Shown: positions 27,539 to 41,029, counted from the first letter of the stretch. The stretch is 64,000 nt of DNA from Tubiluchus corallicola (GCA_030141605.1 JAQGDQ010000426.1:62001-126000), one strand, 5' to 3'. Notes: generated by a model not told the origin, from the sequence alone. Translations and numbers: made by a program.

Positions 27539-28824
27539 AAGTAGCACCCCTAATGTAGCAGCCTAGTGGAGCTGCCCAGTAGCTGGTTCCGAAAGTAAAC
27601 TGATCCAGTAGATAAATTTTGCGTTTTCTAAGCGTAAACCACAGTAAACCTACAGGACAAACTTGGGTGCGAGACAGACTTTCGGAGCTACCTGTAGTTA
27701 CTGTTTCGCACGTCGTTGACGCATGTAGCAATAACGAAAAATGTCAATTTTCCAGACAAGCTTTATTGCTTCGTAACTGAAGAGACGGTCTGAGCACGCC
27801 CAGTCTAACCTTAAACCTCAGCAGTAAACTAAGATTTTCTAAATGTTTTCAATCATTCGCGTTTCAACCTGAATGAAGATTTAATTTCTTATAAGCCTGG
27901 TACCTTCCTGCAGTTATTACAGTATTTATTTTTGGCGAGAAAGAAAAATTTTCTTAGACCCAGTAAAACTTATAATAGTTCCTGGATCAGGTCTGCAGGG
28001 TTGGCACGTCTGGAAAACACAAATTTGCACACAAGAGGAGGAAGTAATGACATTGAGAAGGTTAGGGAAAAAAGTAGCAAAAACGAATGTGTGAATTAAA
28101 ATGGCCGAAACTTGCACAAGTTGCTTTGTAATTTTGCCAGTATGGGCACGCAGTTGCGATATCTCAACATATTCAAAATTATTAACACGGATTTAGGTTT
28201 AAACATATAAATCAAACATATATAAACAACGATAATATATGTAAACATATATCACAAACATATATTACAAACATGATAATGTATGTAAAAATCCCACAAC
28301 CTTTTACAATACGAAAAAAATTATAACATATTCATAAGTCCGACTATTATTATTAGGACTACTAAACAAAATCTCGAATAGTAGACCTAAACGGTCTAAA
28401 AACGTATAACTATTATAATCGTGCAATATTTTTAGTTAATAACTGTGTAAGAATAATAGATAAAGTGCCTGCTTCTAAAAACTGCAGATATGAACTCATT
28501 AAAAATTGGGTAAGGATTAAGCGACGAGGCTTTTTTCCGCGTGCTTTACAGATACTGGTTCTTAGAAATGATCATAATAAAAATGTCTGCGGTTACACCT
28601 AAGTAGGGAATTTGTCGGCGAATTGTCGCTGGTTTGTTTTTCCTTTTTCGCTTGTTTACTTGCTATAATTCATACGTCACGTGACCGTCAGACCTGGATT
28701 TGGAGAAAAATAATTGTGAAGTTGAAAAGACGTAGTTAGTAACTCGCAGGATGTCGTGAGCGACGTGAACAGAGTCAATTCAGTGAAGGAAAGGGAAGTT
28801 TTGACAAGAAGAGGGGACCGTTCA

Positions 28825-29275
28825 AAAAGATTTAGAAATATGCTATCAAATTATTCATAGAGAAGTTGATGTTTATTTTGACAAATTTTTCACCCTTGTA
28901 TCTTGCAATAGAACAAGGCAAAATCATTCTCTGAAGCTTTTCAAGCGAAAGTATTATTTGGTCAGTTTTTCTCAAATCGAGTTGTACCGATTTGGAACTC
29001 ATTGCCTGCATATGTTAATGGTGCACCCCTCGTAACTGCACAAAATATTAAGTTATTTAAAAACCGCTTATATAACGTTAACTTGCATAAGTTCCTTGTA
29101 CACAATAGACACATGTAAGCAGTTAATCTCTTTCTGTCTTTACCACACTCTTGTAAATATTCTATTTGTATGTTTTTTGCCAACGTGTTTTATATTATAC
29201 TGTTTTTATTGTAAATATTGTTTTTATTTATTTTACTTTTGGGTGTAAATGAAATAAATAAAATAAAACAATAAA
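28825..29275 (+). mobile_element. CR1-type LINE 3' fragment
   Basis: Translates DLEICYQIIHREVDVYFDKFFTLVSCNRTRQNHSLKLFK, then after a frameshift FFSNRVVPIWNSLPAYV...KLFKNRL, the canonical CR1 ORF2 end; AATAAA-rich tail. Confidence 0.85.
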
Positions 29276-30120
29276 TGTACCAAAACATCTTAGTGGATTA
29301 GAATAGGACGGGAGCAAAACTTTTTCTCTCCGACTGTCTTTTACCTCCAAGAATGGAACTTGCTTTTTTCACATTTTATCACAATTTCTTTTTAGTACTC
29401 ACTGCTTGGTTTCTTTTTAATTTTTGTCCATAGTAATAGTTCCTGGGAATTTTACCTATCGAACGACATCTTGGTCGTAAGTAGTTTTTCACATATCACA
29501 TGGAAAACAATCCTGCAATTGTCTAGAACTTTTTACCCTTTCAGTAAGCCCTCCTTATAGGAGGTAGCAAACTCTAATGGAATTACATCACTACCAGAAC
29601 GATGTATACCGGTTTCATTAATAATGTATCGCTAGCGTGCGTATTAAAAGTCCATCAATTGACCGAGCAACTTTACTAAGTAATAAATCAGTACAAGAAA
29701 CGAACTGATCTGAGATAGTTACGGTATTGCGATAAAACTTCACGTTTCCACTTATAAAGATTGTAACGAACATGTACAAGCACTATTAAAGTGAATTATT
29801 AGCGTTTGGTTTTTTCTTGCTTACTGTACGTACCAAAAAAGAATGCTGGTACTGCAAATGCTACAAATTCACATAAATAAACACGGTAAATTAATATTTA
29901 CTCTAGTCCTGTAAAGCAGTAGTACAGATGTAGCACTGAAACTCAGTAAGATGATACTGAAAAGTATTAAAACATCAAGTAGGTTAATCAAGTCCGTTGT
30001 AGTATACTTATCATTGTCGTAACTTAAGTTTATCATGATCATTTTCAGCATCATCGTCAACGTGAATTCGTGATTTTCACGTCCACATTAAGCTTTTATG
30101 TTGTCTTAGTTAAACTCACT

Positions 30121-30588
30121 CTTCAACCTAGCCACTGGGGGGGGGGCAAGTCAGGCCAACTCAGTGCCGGTCCCAAGCCCGGATAAATAGGGAGGGTTAG
30201 GGTCAGGAAGGGCATCCGCCTGTAAAAACTGCCCCTGGGGAAAGTCCACAAAGAAGTGGTCAGACCCGCTCTAATCTCTGGGCTGGAAGCAGCTTCTCTA
30301 AAGAAGACTGAAGAGAAGAAAATGTGTGTGGTGGAGATAAGGATGTTGAGATGAATGGTGGGAATAACAAGAAGAGATAGAATTAGAAATAATAATATCA
30401 GAGAAACAGCAAAAGTAGTGAAAGCCGCGCAAGATTGCGATGGTATGGATACCTGAAAAGAAGAGTCGGTGAAGATCATGTGGGAAGGGAAGACATAAAT
30501 GAAGAGATGGTGAACAACAGGAATGTGTGGAGAAGACTCATTCACAACGGCGACCCCGCATAGGGAAAAGCTGGGAAGAAGAAGAAGA
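30121..30588 (+). mobile_element. Internally deleted non-autonomous RTE-clade retroelement
   Basis: 13 bp TSD AGTTAAACTCACT (30108-30120, 30589-30601). An RTE-like 5' motif CAGGAAGGGCATCCGCCTGTAAAA is fused to C-terminal coding remnants (VVRPALISGLEA...EIRMLR*MVGITRRDRIRN..IRE..RLRWYGY); (GAA)n tail. Confidence 0.85.
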
Positions 30589-31984
30589 AGTTAAACTCAC
30601 TTCAACATCTTAGCCTATGTTAACAGCCCATTGTAGAATAACCAGTTTACAAACAATCTCCGTGTTTCAGTCATTTATAAGATAACCAACTCTGGCTCCA
30701 GAAGTCACGTGGATCGGTCAGAACGTTATAAATTTGTCATTAATAATTTGTGTATTATTTACTTAGCTTTCAAGACAAAGTCTTGAAATGAGTGCCAATT
30801 TATGCACATATTTTGATTGGAAAAACGTAGGGCTAATATAACTGGGTCATTTATGTCACGTTTTTAGTAATTAACAATGGGTTTTGTAAAGTTCCGTTCA
30901 CACATTAGATAGTTCAGTATGTCAACACTGACGCAAAATGTATGTGTTTATTTTGCTAAATTTGAGCACATACCAAGTCTCGCACCTAAATATTATGTAT
31001 CACCTACATGTACAGTATTAAATAAAGCTCATTTATTTGCTAAACGGTAGTTTGTGATAAGATTTCAGCTTGTAGGCTGACTTGCCAAACCAACGAGTCG
31101 TATGTTTACTTAGCTGAATTTTTGTGTACTTCATATATTGTTGTCTATTTGCAATTAAAACACAAGAGTACAAAAATCTGTACAATTTATCTGTAATAAT
31201 AATATCGTGCAGCTTCTGGTCGCTTCTTTATTTTGTTTAGCGACCTTTCCTTAGTTCAGCTATGAATCTCTGAATGCAGCCATCTTGCGGTGTCGTAACG
31301 TTTGTGTTATTGCATATTTCTGAGCATCCGGAATGCGTATGCGCTATGCGGATGCGGAATAGATAAAATGGGTTTATATTGTTTTCAATGCACTCGTTTA
31401 TCAGACCTGCGTTACGCGTTATTTTTTTCTGCGGCTATTTCCTATAGATTTTTTATACGCAGCCATTCCAGAGGTGGATAACGCATCCAGGATGTCTGGT
31501 AAACGCCACTTCGCAATGTCTACCGATCGCCGGACAAATCGCATCTTGACTCGTAAAATGCATTGCATTTCAATTGCGAATTAGCAGCAGCATTGTACCT
31601 GGATTGTTTTGGTCGTATTAGTAGTAACAGCAATGCTATTAGAAAAGCTACTCCCACACCGTATAGTTTATTGACACCGATACAGGAAAGCAGTATCTCT
31701 CCATTTAATACGCTTTATGGGTATTACTGCCTAAATTACATCACTAGACAACGTATATAGCGTTACATCAGTGTGTCAGAAAAATTTTTCTGTATTCCAG
31801 TTTATCGCTTGATTTTTCGACTAGCGAAACTTTTTCCAGTATTCGTTAATGTCCTTCGTGTGATCTGACAGATGTATATTACATGTTTGATACTCGTGGT
31901 AACTTGGTCAATGTATGGCGTAATGTAAATCATTAACAAGTCGACTAATACCTAATGTGATGTCATGAATAATGTAAAGGTAGA

Positions 31985-32125
31985 ATAGATTGACAGTGGT
32001 GGAAAGAAATCCTTTTCAAGTGACGATGCCAATCTATATGAACTGATACAGTCATCTGTTCGTATATTTGGAAATGTTTACTTACAGGAAGTTACTAATG
32101 CTAACAGAATGGCGAATAGAAATGC
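31985..32125 (+). mobile_element. Degenerate CR1-like RT fragment
   Basis: FSSDDANLYELIQS...LQE resembles FADDxKLYxxI...LQxD. Confidence 0.35.
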
Positions 32126-33153
32126 TAACTCAAAGCCTGTCTGGCAACTGGAGGCTTGTGAAACTTAGTTTTGTGAAAAGTTTCCTCATTTTTTCTGATA
32201 TTTGCGTTGTAGGATGTTAACAATTTTGGTTTTTGATGCCTTTTATCTAATTCTGTATGAAATTAATAAAGAGGTCATTCTCATCGAGGTGGAGTCTCAC
32301 TTATTCCAAGCAATTAATGTCTGTATCCCAGTGAGTGTAATACAATGAAACTCAATGACCTCTTTTCAAACTTTATCAGCGCTGAAAGGGTTGTACCTAT
32401 AACAACACAAAATCTTTTTCATGATTCAAATTTTTAATTGCATTATTTCGATTTTTTGTTCAATTTTTGAAGTAAACACGAAAATTTTTATGCAACAGCT
32501 TAAACGGTTAGTTTTATTAACAAATTTATACGTATTATTCAATTTTGTGTATATTTCGCGTTCCTTCATACTTTTGTGTTGTAGAATTCTCGCATAATAA
32601 ACTAGTTTAATTTGACGACGTGTTTTCTGGTTTTCTCTACGAGCCTTCCAAGAACAACAAAACACGACAGCAACTCTAACACTGCGTGTCTTCTAAATCT
32701 AATAGCCAATAGCCAGTTATCTAGAAAGTGACCGAATGATTGACTTTTCAAGTTACTGAACTGAAAATGCAATGATGAAAATTACTGAGCATTTCCTATG
32801 ATGGATTGTCTTGACTAGAGCTTGCAGCAGCTGCCTCAATTATCACTAAATGTTATGCAAATATTTGAAAACCTGCAGAGAGGATGCTGTTACGCACGAG
32901 TAGATTATCATTACAAAATTGTAATTTAAATAACCCGCAGGTGCTTGCAATGACGCAATATTAATTTTCGAAAATGCAGACTTCATCTTCTGTGCATAAT
33001 TTTGGGGCCAGTAAGCCTATATGGGGTTACCAAAATAGCGAAACTTTCCTGTATGCCAACGTGGAAAGACTAATTTTTCCCCTTAGCTGAGGTTTTATTA
33101 AAAACGCAGAAGTGATTTATGTAAATCTCGAAGTACAGTTTAATGGTATAAGC

Positions 33154-33462
33154 CAGTGGTTCCCAAAGTAGGGGTAAATTACCCCCAGGGGGTAATATGT
33201 TTTTTTGGGGGGGTAACGGGCACCCCTCTGAAAATTTTTAAAACTTCGCTCGGAATGCATTTTATGTAGTTTTCTTCTTGAAGAGACACAACAACACCTG
33301 GAAATTTATTTATGTCACGAGCAAACATTAATAATTTTGCTTGCTTGTGGCATATACGTGTGTTTACTTTTTGAGTTGGAGAAGTAGTACTAGGTGGGGG
33401 GTAATGGACACGACCGGGTTTCCCGATTTGGGTAACGGTCCGAGAAAGTTTGGAAACCACTG
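33154..33462. mobile_element. hAT (Charlie-like) MITE, 309 bp
   Basis: TIRs CAGTGGTTCCCAAA / TTTGGAAACCACTG and a perfect 8 bp TSD GTATAAGC (33146-33153, 33463-33470). Confidence 0.92.
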
Positions 33463-33775
33463 GTATAAGCTGTGCAAAACTAAATGCGGAAAGCAGTCAG
33501 CAAGTAAAATAAGGCACAAAAAACGAACAAAACAACTATAGGAAAGTAAGATAAAATGAAGACAACGACAGAAAGAATAACAAATGTAGAAAAAGAAAGC
33601 TCAGTTAGTCCAGAAAAAGTAAAAATTCGAGGTAGGATGGACTTGACACGAAATGGATGAAATAGCAGCAGCAATTGCCAGTTGACAATACAATCGTGCA
33701 TAAAAATAAATGAATGAATAGATGGGCGTAGAAATAAACAAATAATATGTGACTGTGACATTCGCTGGGTGAAAA

Positions 33776-34060
33776 GTGGGAGCTTCCAAAGGAGATGACA
33801 TTTTTGTCATCCCAGCAGAGGATTCCGATGAAATAATTAAACACTGTAAAAGGTTAAAAGTGTCACTTGGGTCCAATGTTATTTTTTACATTTTAAAACA
33901 AGTCAATTTTTCAATGCTTGCGGACGAGGAAACACTCGCACGACATCATGGGATATGCTGAAGCCTTCCCAAAAGAAAGGTGCACTTGGCATATGACAGA
34001 GCGATAGAATTTTTTACACATTTCGACATACTGCACCCGAAATCAGAACTCGTGCAGAGG
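33776..34060 (+). mobile_element. Possible degenerate Penelope-like RT fragment
   Basis: GDDIFVI...EII...LKVSLGSNVIF...FFTHFDILHPKSE resembles the Penelope YVDDIFVI...LNS..NIxF...YLxFxSxHP motif order; contains stops. Confidence 0.4.
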
Positions 34061-34485
34061 CAAGGCCTTTTAATCTAGATGTTTGTGGCGTGACTGAATT
34101 CTAGTTCATTGTCAAGCATATTCTTCCAGATGAGACACTGAGGCAGTAGAGGAATCAGCAATTATGCATCCTCCTCCTACGAAGTAAACAGTCAGTTAAC
34201 AAATGACACCCTCTGGAGCGAGTATCGAACCTAGGCAGCCACACGCCACTCACATAGCCCAAACAATGTACCACGTGATTATATATGCTGACATTACTTG
34301 CGTTAAAGTTTGTATAAGGCTTTTGGTACGGTGAAAATTAAAAAAAACAACCTCAGATGCTCAACACCGAAAACTTCTGTGCTCATTCTCATCTAGAACC
34401 TTAGCATTCTACACAAAGACGCAGACTTAAAGTTATGAATTTCTGCAATCGAGGGCGCCACGTCCGCATCCCTGGAAAAACCAAC

Positions 34486-34581
34486 ATGTCTGCGCTCAGC
34501 GTGAAATTACTGAATTGTCGCTTGTTCCTGAATGACTGCAGAAATATTAAATTTTGGAACCCTAGCTGCGTGAAAAATAAA
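34486..34581 (+). CDS. ECHDC3: ECHDC3-like, exon 1 (putative mitochondrial presequence)
   Basis: CCAACATG start; MSALSVKLLNCRLFLNDCRNIKFWNPSCVKNK; phase-0 donor AAA|GTGCGA matches exon 2. Inferred from phase and composition, not homology. Confidence 0.6.
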
Positions 34582-35161
34582 GTGCGATTTTCATTAGTAG
34601 ACCTGTTTTAGTATGCATAACTGTGCTGTAGTATTCAGGTGTTGACCGACTCACAATTGATTTGTTGTTCATCTAAACTTCGTATTGTCGGTTTTGGCTA
34701 GTACTATAGCATTCATTCTAAGGTGTATAACTCGTGTGAGAGATGTGTTAAGTTACATATTGTATTTTTACAAAACAAGCCGTTCATTTTGCGATCCTGG
34801 TTATACATACAAGACTATACATATAATTATTAGTATTAAAAATATCCACTGTTTTCAATATGTAGGGTAAAATTCAGTTACAATTCTTACAGCATTATAA
34901 TAGCTAAAAATATAAAAAACCGTGCACCTTAAAATGTAGTATATTAGGAACTAGCTTTCAAATTTTTTACAATTAACCTGAGAAGGGTAGCTGACTTGAT
35001 GACCAATTGGTCTTTTGCTACCCTTTTTCCTGCACCCCCCCCCCCCAACTCTTTCCTTTATGCATAATTTTTCCTGTTTAATTAATAACTATAGCAATAA
35101 TAGTCTATTTGTGTCATTTCATATTACTGATTTAGCTTAAACATTGCATCCTTTTGCATAG

Positions 35162-35298
35162 GTTACTGTTCTTGGAGTTCGGCAATTATCCTCTTCACTG
35201 ATTTTAAACCAGAAATCTCAGGAAGCAGAAGAGCAACTGACCGTTACTACGGAAAATGATGGTATTCGTCGAATTCTACTGAATAACTCCAAGAAAAG
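35162..35298 (+). CDS. ECHDC3: ECHDC3-like, exon 2
   Basis: Acceptor TTTTGCATAG|; VTVLGVRQLSSS...ENDGIRRILLNNSKKR; donor AG|GTACGT, phase 2. Confidence 0.9.
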
Positions 35299-35633
35299 GT
35301 ACGTAGAGAGCAAGACAGTAGATAATAAAATAATATCACTTTGAACTTTCTGAACTATTATTCTTACCAGTAAGGAAACCCATATCTGCCATTAAGCTAA
35401 AATGATGCCGGTTGAGAGATTTCATACACTTTTAGCTGTTATCAATGTCATGCGATATTACAGGTATATATGTATCCAGTTTTTTCTGTAAAACGACAGA
35501 TTATTTAGGTTTTTAGTGGCTTGAGTTGGACTATTTTTTATTTGGTTTACCATCATTTCAGTATTCACTTATCCAATTTTTATTATTATTTATATTTTAC
35601 TGAATTGTGAAAACTAAGTAATCATTTTTTTAG

Positions 35634-35769
35634 AAATGCACTGTCATTATGCCTCCTGGAATCCCTGCACAGTGATTTATTGCATAATAATAGTAATACC
35701 GAACTTCGAGCAGTTATTATTGCAGCTCGGGGACCAGTGTTTTCATCAGGACATGATTTGAAAGAGCTG
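35634..35769 (+). CDS. ECHDC3: ECHDC3-like, exon 3
   Basis: (R)NALSLCLLESLHSDLL...LRAVIIAARGPVFSSGHDLKEL, with the crotonase oxyanion-hole motif; AG/GTAAGT boundaries. Confidence 0.96.
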
Positions 35770-36858
35770 GTAAGTAGATTCATGTACTACATCGTCTTTT
35801 CTAAGAGCGTTTGCTATATTGTGCTTATGATGATGGTCAGTGTGAACTGAGCATAGTGAATTGCAGTAACAGTTCATTTCCCGACAATAGTTAGAGGTAT
35901 GAATAACAACATTGCATTAAGTTTACAAAAAGTTCTCCTTTCATGGAAATATTTGCTCGAACAAAAAGGAAATGTATCTCATTACTTGGCTTCATTTGCA
36001 GAAGCCCACAGATCTGTGATTGCTCTTTTTGTAACATTTTCATGTTAAGTCATGCTGCACTTCTGAAAGCTTGACTGCCTAGAAACCAGCAATGTTGTTT
36101 TTGTTTTTCCAACCAGGCTGGCATCACGTAACGGGAAGCGCTCCCGGGGACGGCTAGATTCCAGCGTGCAACATGCCGAATTGTATTAAAAATCTACAAT
36201 GAATAGATATTTGGAAAGAACTGGAGCAAAACGATTTTATTGCTTATGAGCTGCATATCGATTTTTTATTCTTTTCCTGTATTGCCTACAGGGTTTGATA
36301 AGGCACAAATATGGTACTGAATCTACTGAAACTATTGTGGCAATTGTGGCTGTGCTTGCAAGCGTGATTTTATCCATATGTATGAGAATTGTTATTTATA
36401 TAATCTGAATCTATATAAGGCAAAAATTGTTTACAAAATTCGCATTCTTTGAGCCTGTATGTCCTGCCTTTATATCATCATTATAAACTCAAATCGATCC
36501 GAACATCTATGACATGCATTTAGTAAGACATGTAAACTACTACAATTGTTATTTCAAAACTTAAATACCTTTTCATGTTGCTAAATACACTTAAGATATT
36601 TGTACCGTCATAAAAATCCTGTTTTGTTGTAATAATTCAAGCTATGGTTATTATTATTTCAATAGTTTTGATGCTTCTTTAAATTGTGAGTGATAAAGAT
36701 TAAAAATTAAGCAAATGCCAGTCACACCGAATGATGGCAGTTCTGCAGGGCAAAGACTTTCTAATCTGCACTATCATTGTCTGATGTTATGAACCAACTG
36801 AATTCACTTTACCGAATAAGTTATTTTTTTGCTTTAAAAGCTTTTTTGTTCTTCTTAG

Positions 36859-37049
36859 ACTTCTGAGACAGGAAGAGAGTATCATCAGAAGGTCTTCAAC
36901 AAATGTTCTGAAGTGATGCTGACAATACAGCATCTTCCTGTGCCAGTCATTGCTGAAGTTCGCGGTCTAGCTACTGCTGCCGGTTGTCAACTTGTTGCAA
37001 GTTGTGATATAGCTGTAGCGTCTGAGAATGCTAGATTTGCCACACCAGG
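36859..37049 (+). CDS. ECHDC3: ECHDC3-like, exon 4
   Basis: [68 protein letters not shown] and TPG in place of the two catalytic Glu motifs are characteristic of ECHDC3. Confidence 0.97.
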
Positions 37050-37199
37050 GTGGGTATTTTGTAAATAATCTTCCATGATGCCTGTATATCATTTTTGTGG
37101 TTAAAGGTTTTATTCAAAGATATCTTGTGCGCAGTGATTTTTCATTGTTTTTGCTCATGAAACAATGTTCCTGTAATGACTGTTTTTTATCTGCTTGTA

Positions 37200-37997
37200 C
37201 AGTAGGCGCCGCTTAACAGACTCATGGTTAACAGACTCAATTGCTTAACTATTCAAATATACATAAAAACTATCGGTAATTGACTGAAATAACTCCATAT
37301 AATTGACTCAATTTTTTTCCTTCACATACTTATAATAAGATATTTGTGTGTGCCAAAAAGAGCCTTTCCTACTTTTATGTCATCTTTACTTCCCTTTTGT
37401 GCATTATATATAAAGAAACAATCATGTTAAGTACCGTTTTGTTTGTAAACAGGTACGTTAACAACGCTAGCGTAGCGGTTTTGCTTTGAATCTGTTACCT
37501 ACTCTCCCACTGTTACCCAAAGAATTTCTGGAAGCTAAACATCTAATCACTTGACTAGCGTAAACAAGAGTAAACATCGTACAGCAAATAAGAGCAATGT
37601 AAGTGAGCAATGTGATTCAGAACTGTTTTAGTCATACACAACAACAGATTTTCAATGTTTTTATAATTACGAGAACTTTGTAGGCCAACTTTTTTGCGAG
37701 AAATTGAAGCAGCAAATAAACACTTAGAAAAGTCTGTGATTTGGAAAAGTATACTAACTTATTGCTAATTCACTTATTTAAATTAATATTTTAAAATATT
37801 TTTGCCAATTTTTAACTGCACAAATAAATTTAGGGATTAGTTCATTTCTAAAATTCATTAAAAACCGTTGCAGTTGCAGTAAGCTGGTGACTCATACTCT
37901 TATACCAGTAATACTACACCCATCTGTTAATAAGTTCAGTCGGTTAATTGGGTCAAAACACGTCGGTCCCAAAGTGAGTCATAAGTGGCGCCTACTG
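37200..37997. mobile_element. pogo/Tigger-like (Tc1-mariner) MITE in ECHDC3 intron 4
   Basis: TA|CAGTAGGCGCCGCTTA ... TAAGTGGCGCCTACTG|TA. Confidence 0.85.
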
Positions 37998-38833
37998 TAT
38001 AACATACTATATATATATATATATATAGTATGTTTTCTATATATATATATATATAGTATGTTATACAGTATATGTATATATGGTAGTGGTTGCTAGATTT
38101 AGTAAAGCCCTGAATCTAGCTTATTAGTGAACCTCAGTTGGAGTGAACAACAGAAAACTTTTTCGTGATTCTGAAAGCGGAACTGACGTTATTCTACCGT
38201 CGCGATGATCGTAGATTAGAATCATGTGCACTTTGGAATGTTGAGTGCATTTTACAATCACGAGTTTCTGTTTGTTTTTTTCTCACTGTTAAGGAAACAA
38301 TTTGATAATATGCATTTTTGTTATGTAGTTGTGCCATAATTAATGTTTTTTAGACTTAGACTTGGCAGAAAGTGGTAGTATCTTAGGGAGGTGCTGCCAT
38401 CTTTTGGTAGTTTGCCTGTAAAAAAAATTTACCTATTTGTAGCGCAATTAAATTACACCTGAAAGGCTCACAGTGAAAGCATCTTTATCACAACATGCTA
38501 TGATTCTGACTGTGACCGTAGTGACGCCATGTCGAATCAGAATTGTTTGCTGTTAGGTTGTAACAGAAACATTCTAATGTAACGCAATTAAATTACACGT
38601 GAAAGGCTTGTAGTGAAAGCATCTTTATCGCACATTTTTAGGCACTCTTGTATGCATGATTAAAAGAAATTTAACCTGAGTGATTAGTTGGAATGTTTTT
38701 TATGACTTTTTAATGTTGTATCTGCATTTTAATTCTAAAATCCTTTGAAACTTTGACTTTAATGATTGTCACATATTAAGCTTTTCTGTTTTGGCCTCTA
38801 TTGTTTCTCTTGCTATAAGTTTTTTCGTTTCAG

Positions 38834-38972
38834 TGTAAATATTGGTCTTTTCTGTTCCACTCCAGCCGTGGCATTATCTAGAGCAGTTCCAAACAAGATC
38901 GCAATGGAGATGCTGTTCACGGGAGAACCGATAAGTGCAGAGAGGGCTCTGCTTCACGGACTAGTCAGCAAG
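38834..38972 (+). CDS. ECHDC3: ECHDC3-like, exon 5
   Basis: [46 protein letters not shown]; TTTCAG| and |GTAATT. Confidence 0.97.
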
Positions 38973-40103
38973 GTAATTCTCATTTCTGAAACTTTGCAGG
39001 CCTATATCTGTTTGCTGTTGGTGTTAAATAACTTGAAGGAGTTTCAAAGGTAAAATAGTTTGCATTGCTTTTTTGATTTTTTCTTTTCAGTTGTACAAAA
39101 ACAGGTAAATATGCATGAGTCAATTAACACAGACTCTTTCTGCATTAAAGAATCTTTATTTCTGTCCTTCAAATGTAGCGCATTGCGGTTTATGCTTCCA
39201 GTGGCAGTTTGTGTATAGATACTGTGGTACTGCAGCACCCCCTGTTTTCTTCACTCATTATTATCGATAATATTCAATATAATAAGTCTTTTTTCTTTAG
39301 TTGTTTTTTATACTTGTGCGGAACCGGTGCACGTGAGGGAAGTATAATTTGCTTCACAGTCCAAGCAACTTGATGTTTGGCCATTGTGCGCATGTGGCCA
39401 TGCTCACATGTCTGAGATAAGACGCTGTACTTTTGGTAGAAAGAGTACTGTCGCTCACTGCAGTACGTGTTGTCAGTTGTCACATGTTTAAAAGCCGTGT
39501 ACCGGCATTTTCCTGAACTGCGACAATTTATGCTAATCGTAAAAAAAATATTTTTTTCAAGGTTTTGTCAAGTTTATGTATAAATTAGTTTGTTTGTTTA
39601 AAATTACAATTACAACATTAAAATTACATAATGTTTGTTTCGTTTTACACAGTATTAAAACAATGGCTAAAAAAACTTAATTTTGCAGCACCCCTTTATA
39701 ATTTTAGCCTTGTACCGCCACTGGCTTCTTCAACATCTCTGATTTGTGGTCTGGGTTGTTCTGCATCTTTATTTGGGTGAATTCCAAAGAATATACAAAT
39801 GTGGAATAGATTAAAACTGATTACATGTGTGCTTACATTAGCCGTTCCAACGGCCAAAGGTTTATAAAATACGTTTTCACTTGTATCTATAGATCTCCAC
39901 ACGTCTATCACACGTATTACATCTCTATTGCCCAGCTTAAAATTGTACAGTTTTTTATTGTATTAAGATTTGAACATGTCACTCAAAACCTCACTGTGAG
40001 CAAGGATAAAAATCATCTGAAGCTGTGCGAAAATGAACTCAGAATATTTGCTAAATCAGGTAAAATGATGAAAATACATTGCGTGGCGTGTGCTAGTGAT
40101 ATT

Positions 40104-40313
40104 ATGAACTGGCAGTGGTATCTTAGCAACAACAAACTAAGATGAGATACTGAACTGGCAGCAGTGTCTTAGCAACAACAAACTAAGATGAGATCTTGAA
40201 CTGGCAATGATATCTTAGCAACAGCCATCTAATGTGAGATACAGAATTGGCTGCAGTATCTTAGCAACAACAAACTAAGATGAAATACTGAACTGGCAGT
40301 GGTATCTTAGCAG
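40104..40313. repeat. 46 bp tandem repeat, ~4.5 copies
   Basis: Unit TGAACTGGCAGTGGTATCTTAGCAACAACAAACTAAGATGAGATAC. Confidence 0.88.
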
Positions 40314-40387
40314 CATTTGAAAGTGAAAAAATTAGTGAATAATGTCCAAAGAACGTTTGGCTGCTAAAGTCTGTTTATACATTTTAG

Positions 40388-40524
40388 GTTGTCGATGATG
40401 ACAAACTTGAAGATGAATGTATGAAGATTGCCAAACGTATCTGTGAGACTAGTCGATCCGTCACTGCAGTTGGCAAAGCGTGCTTTTACTCACAATTGAT
40501 GATGGATCGTGAAGAAGCTTACAG
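40388..40524 (+). CDS. ECHDC3: ECHDC3-like, exon 6
   Basis: VVDDDKLEDECMKIAKRICETSRSVTAVGKACFYSQLMMDREEAY(R); TTTTAG| and AG|GTGAGA; phases fit both neighbours. Confidence 0.95.
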
Positions 40525-40606
40525 GTGAGAGAGTTTGCGATAATTATAGCATTAGAGACGTACGTTGTAAGCAGTACTGAGAAACTAATTGGCATGACAT
40601 CAAAAC

Positions 40607-40972
40607 TGTTGTAGAGATCGCTGGCGTCTATTAGAATTACATGGAACATCGTAGAATGTTCCGTTGGAATGATCGTCTTACCGTCTGGAATGTTCTGGAA
40701 CAAAACTTCTGGAAGCTTCTTGGGCGCGCTATATAAGGTGAAGCAGGCTGCTGAGACGAGAGTTTGCTGATTCACACGGACACCACTTACACATTCTCTT
40801 GTATACTTGTATGTTCAGATATACTTAAACGTTTTCCAGATTTTCATGTTTACTGTAATCATTTCGCATTCCTTCATACTTTTGTGTTGTAGAATTCTCG
40901 CTTAATAAACTAGTTTAATTTGATGAAGTGTTTTCTGGTTTTCTCTGCGAGCCTTCCGACAAAAACACAAGA
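40607..40972 (+). mobile_element. Candidate solo LTR in ECHDC3 intron 6 (partial second copy at ~32553-32670)
   Basis: Starts TGTTGT; contains TATATAAG (~40730) then AATAAA (~40904); the last ~110 bp recur at 32553-32670. No TSD found. Confidence 0.45.
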
Positions 40973-41029
40973 TAATTAATATCATAACTTTGGATTGGAA
41001 GACTTAGAGAAAGAATTACTAGGCTTTAA

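Noticed and set aside
27770-27830. Hammerhead-like CTGAAGA-GAC...GTC
   Set aside because: Followed by TAAC rather than GAAA, with no stems I and III; at best a dead relic.
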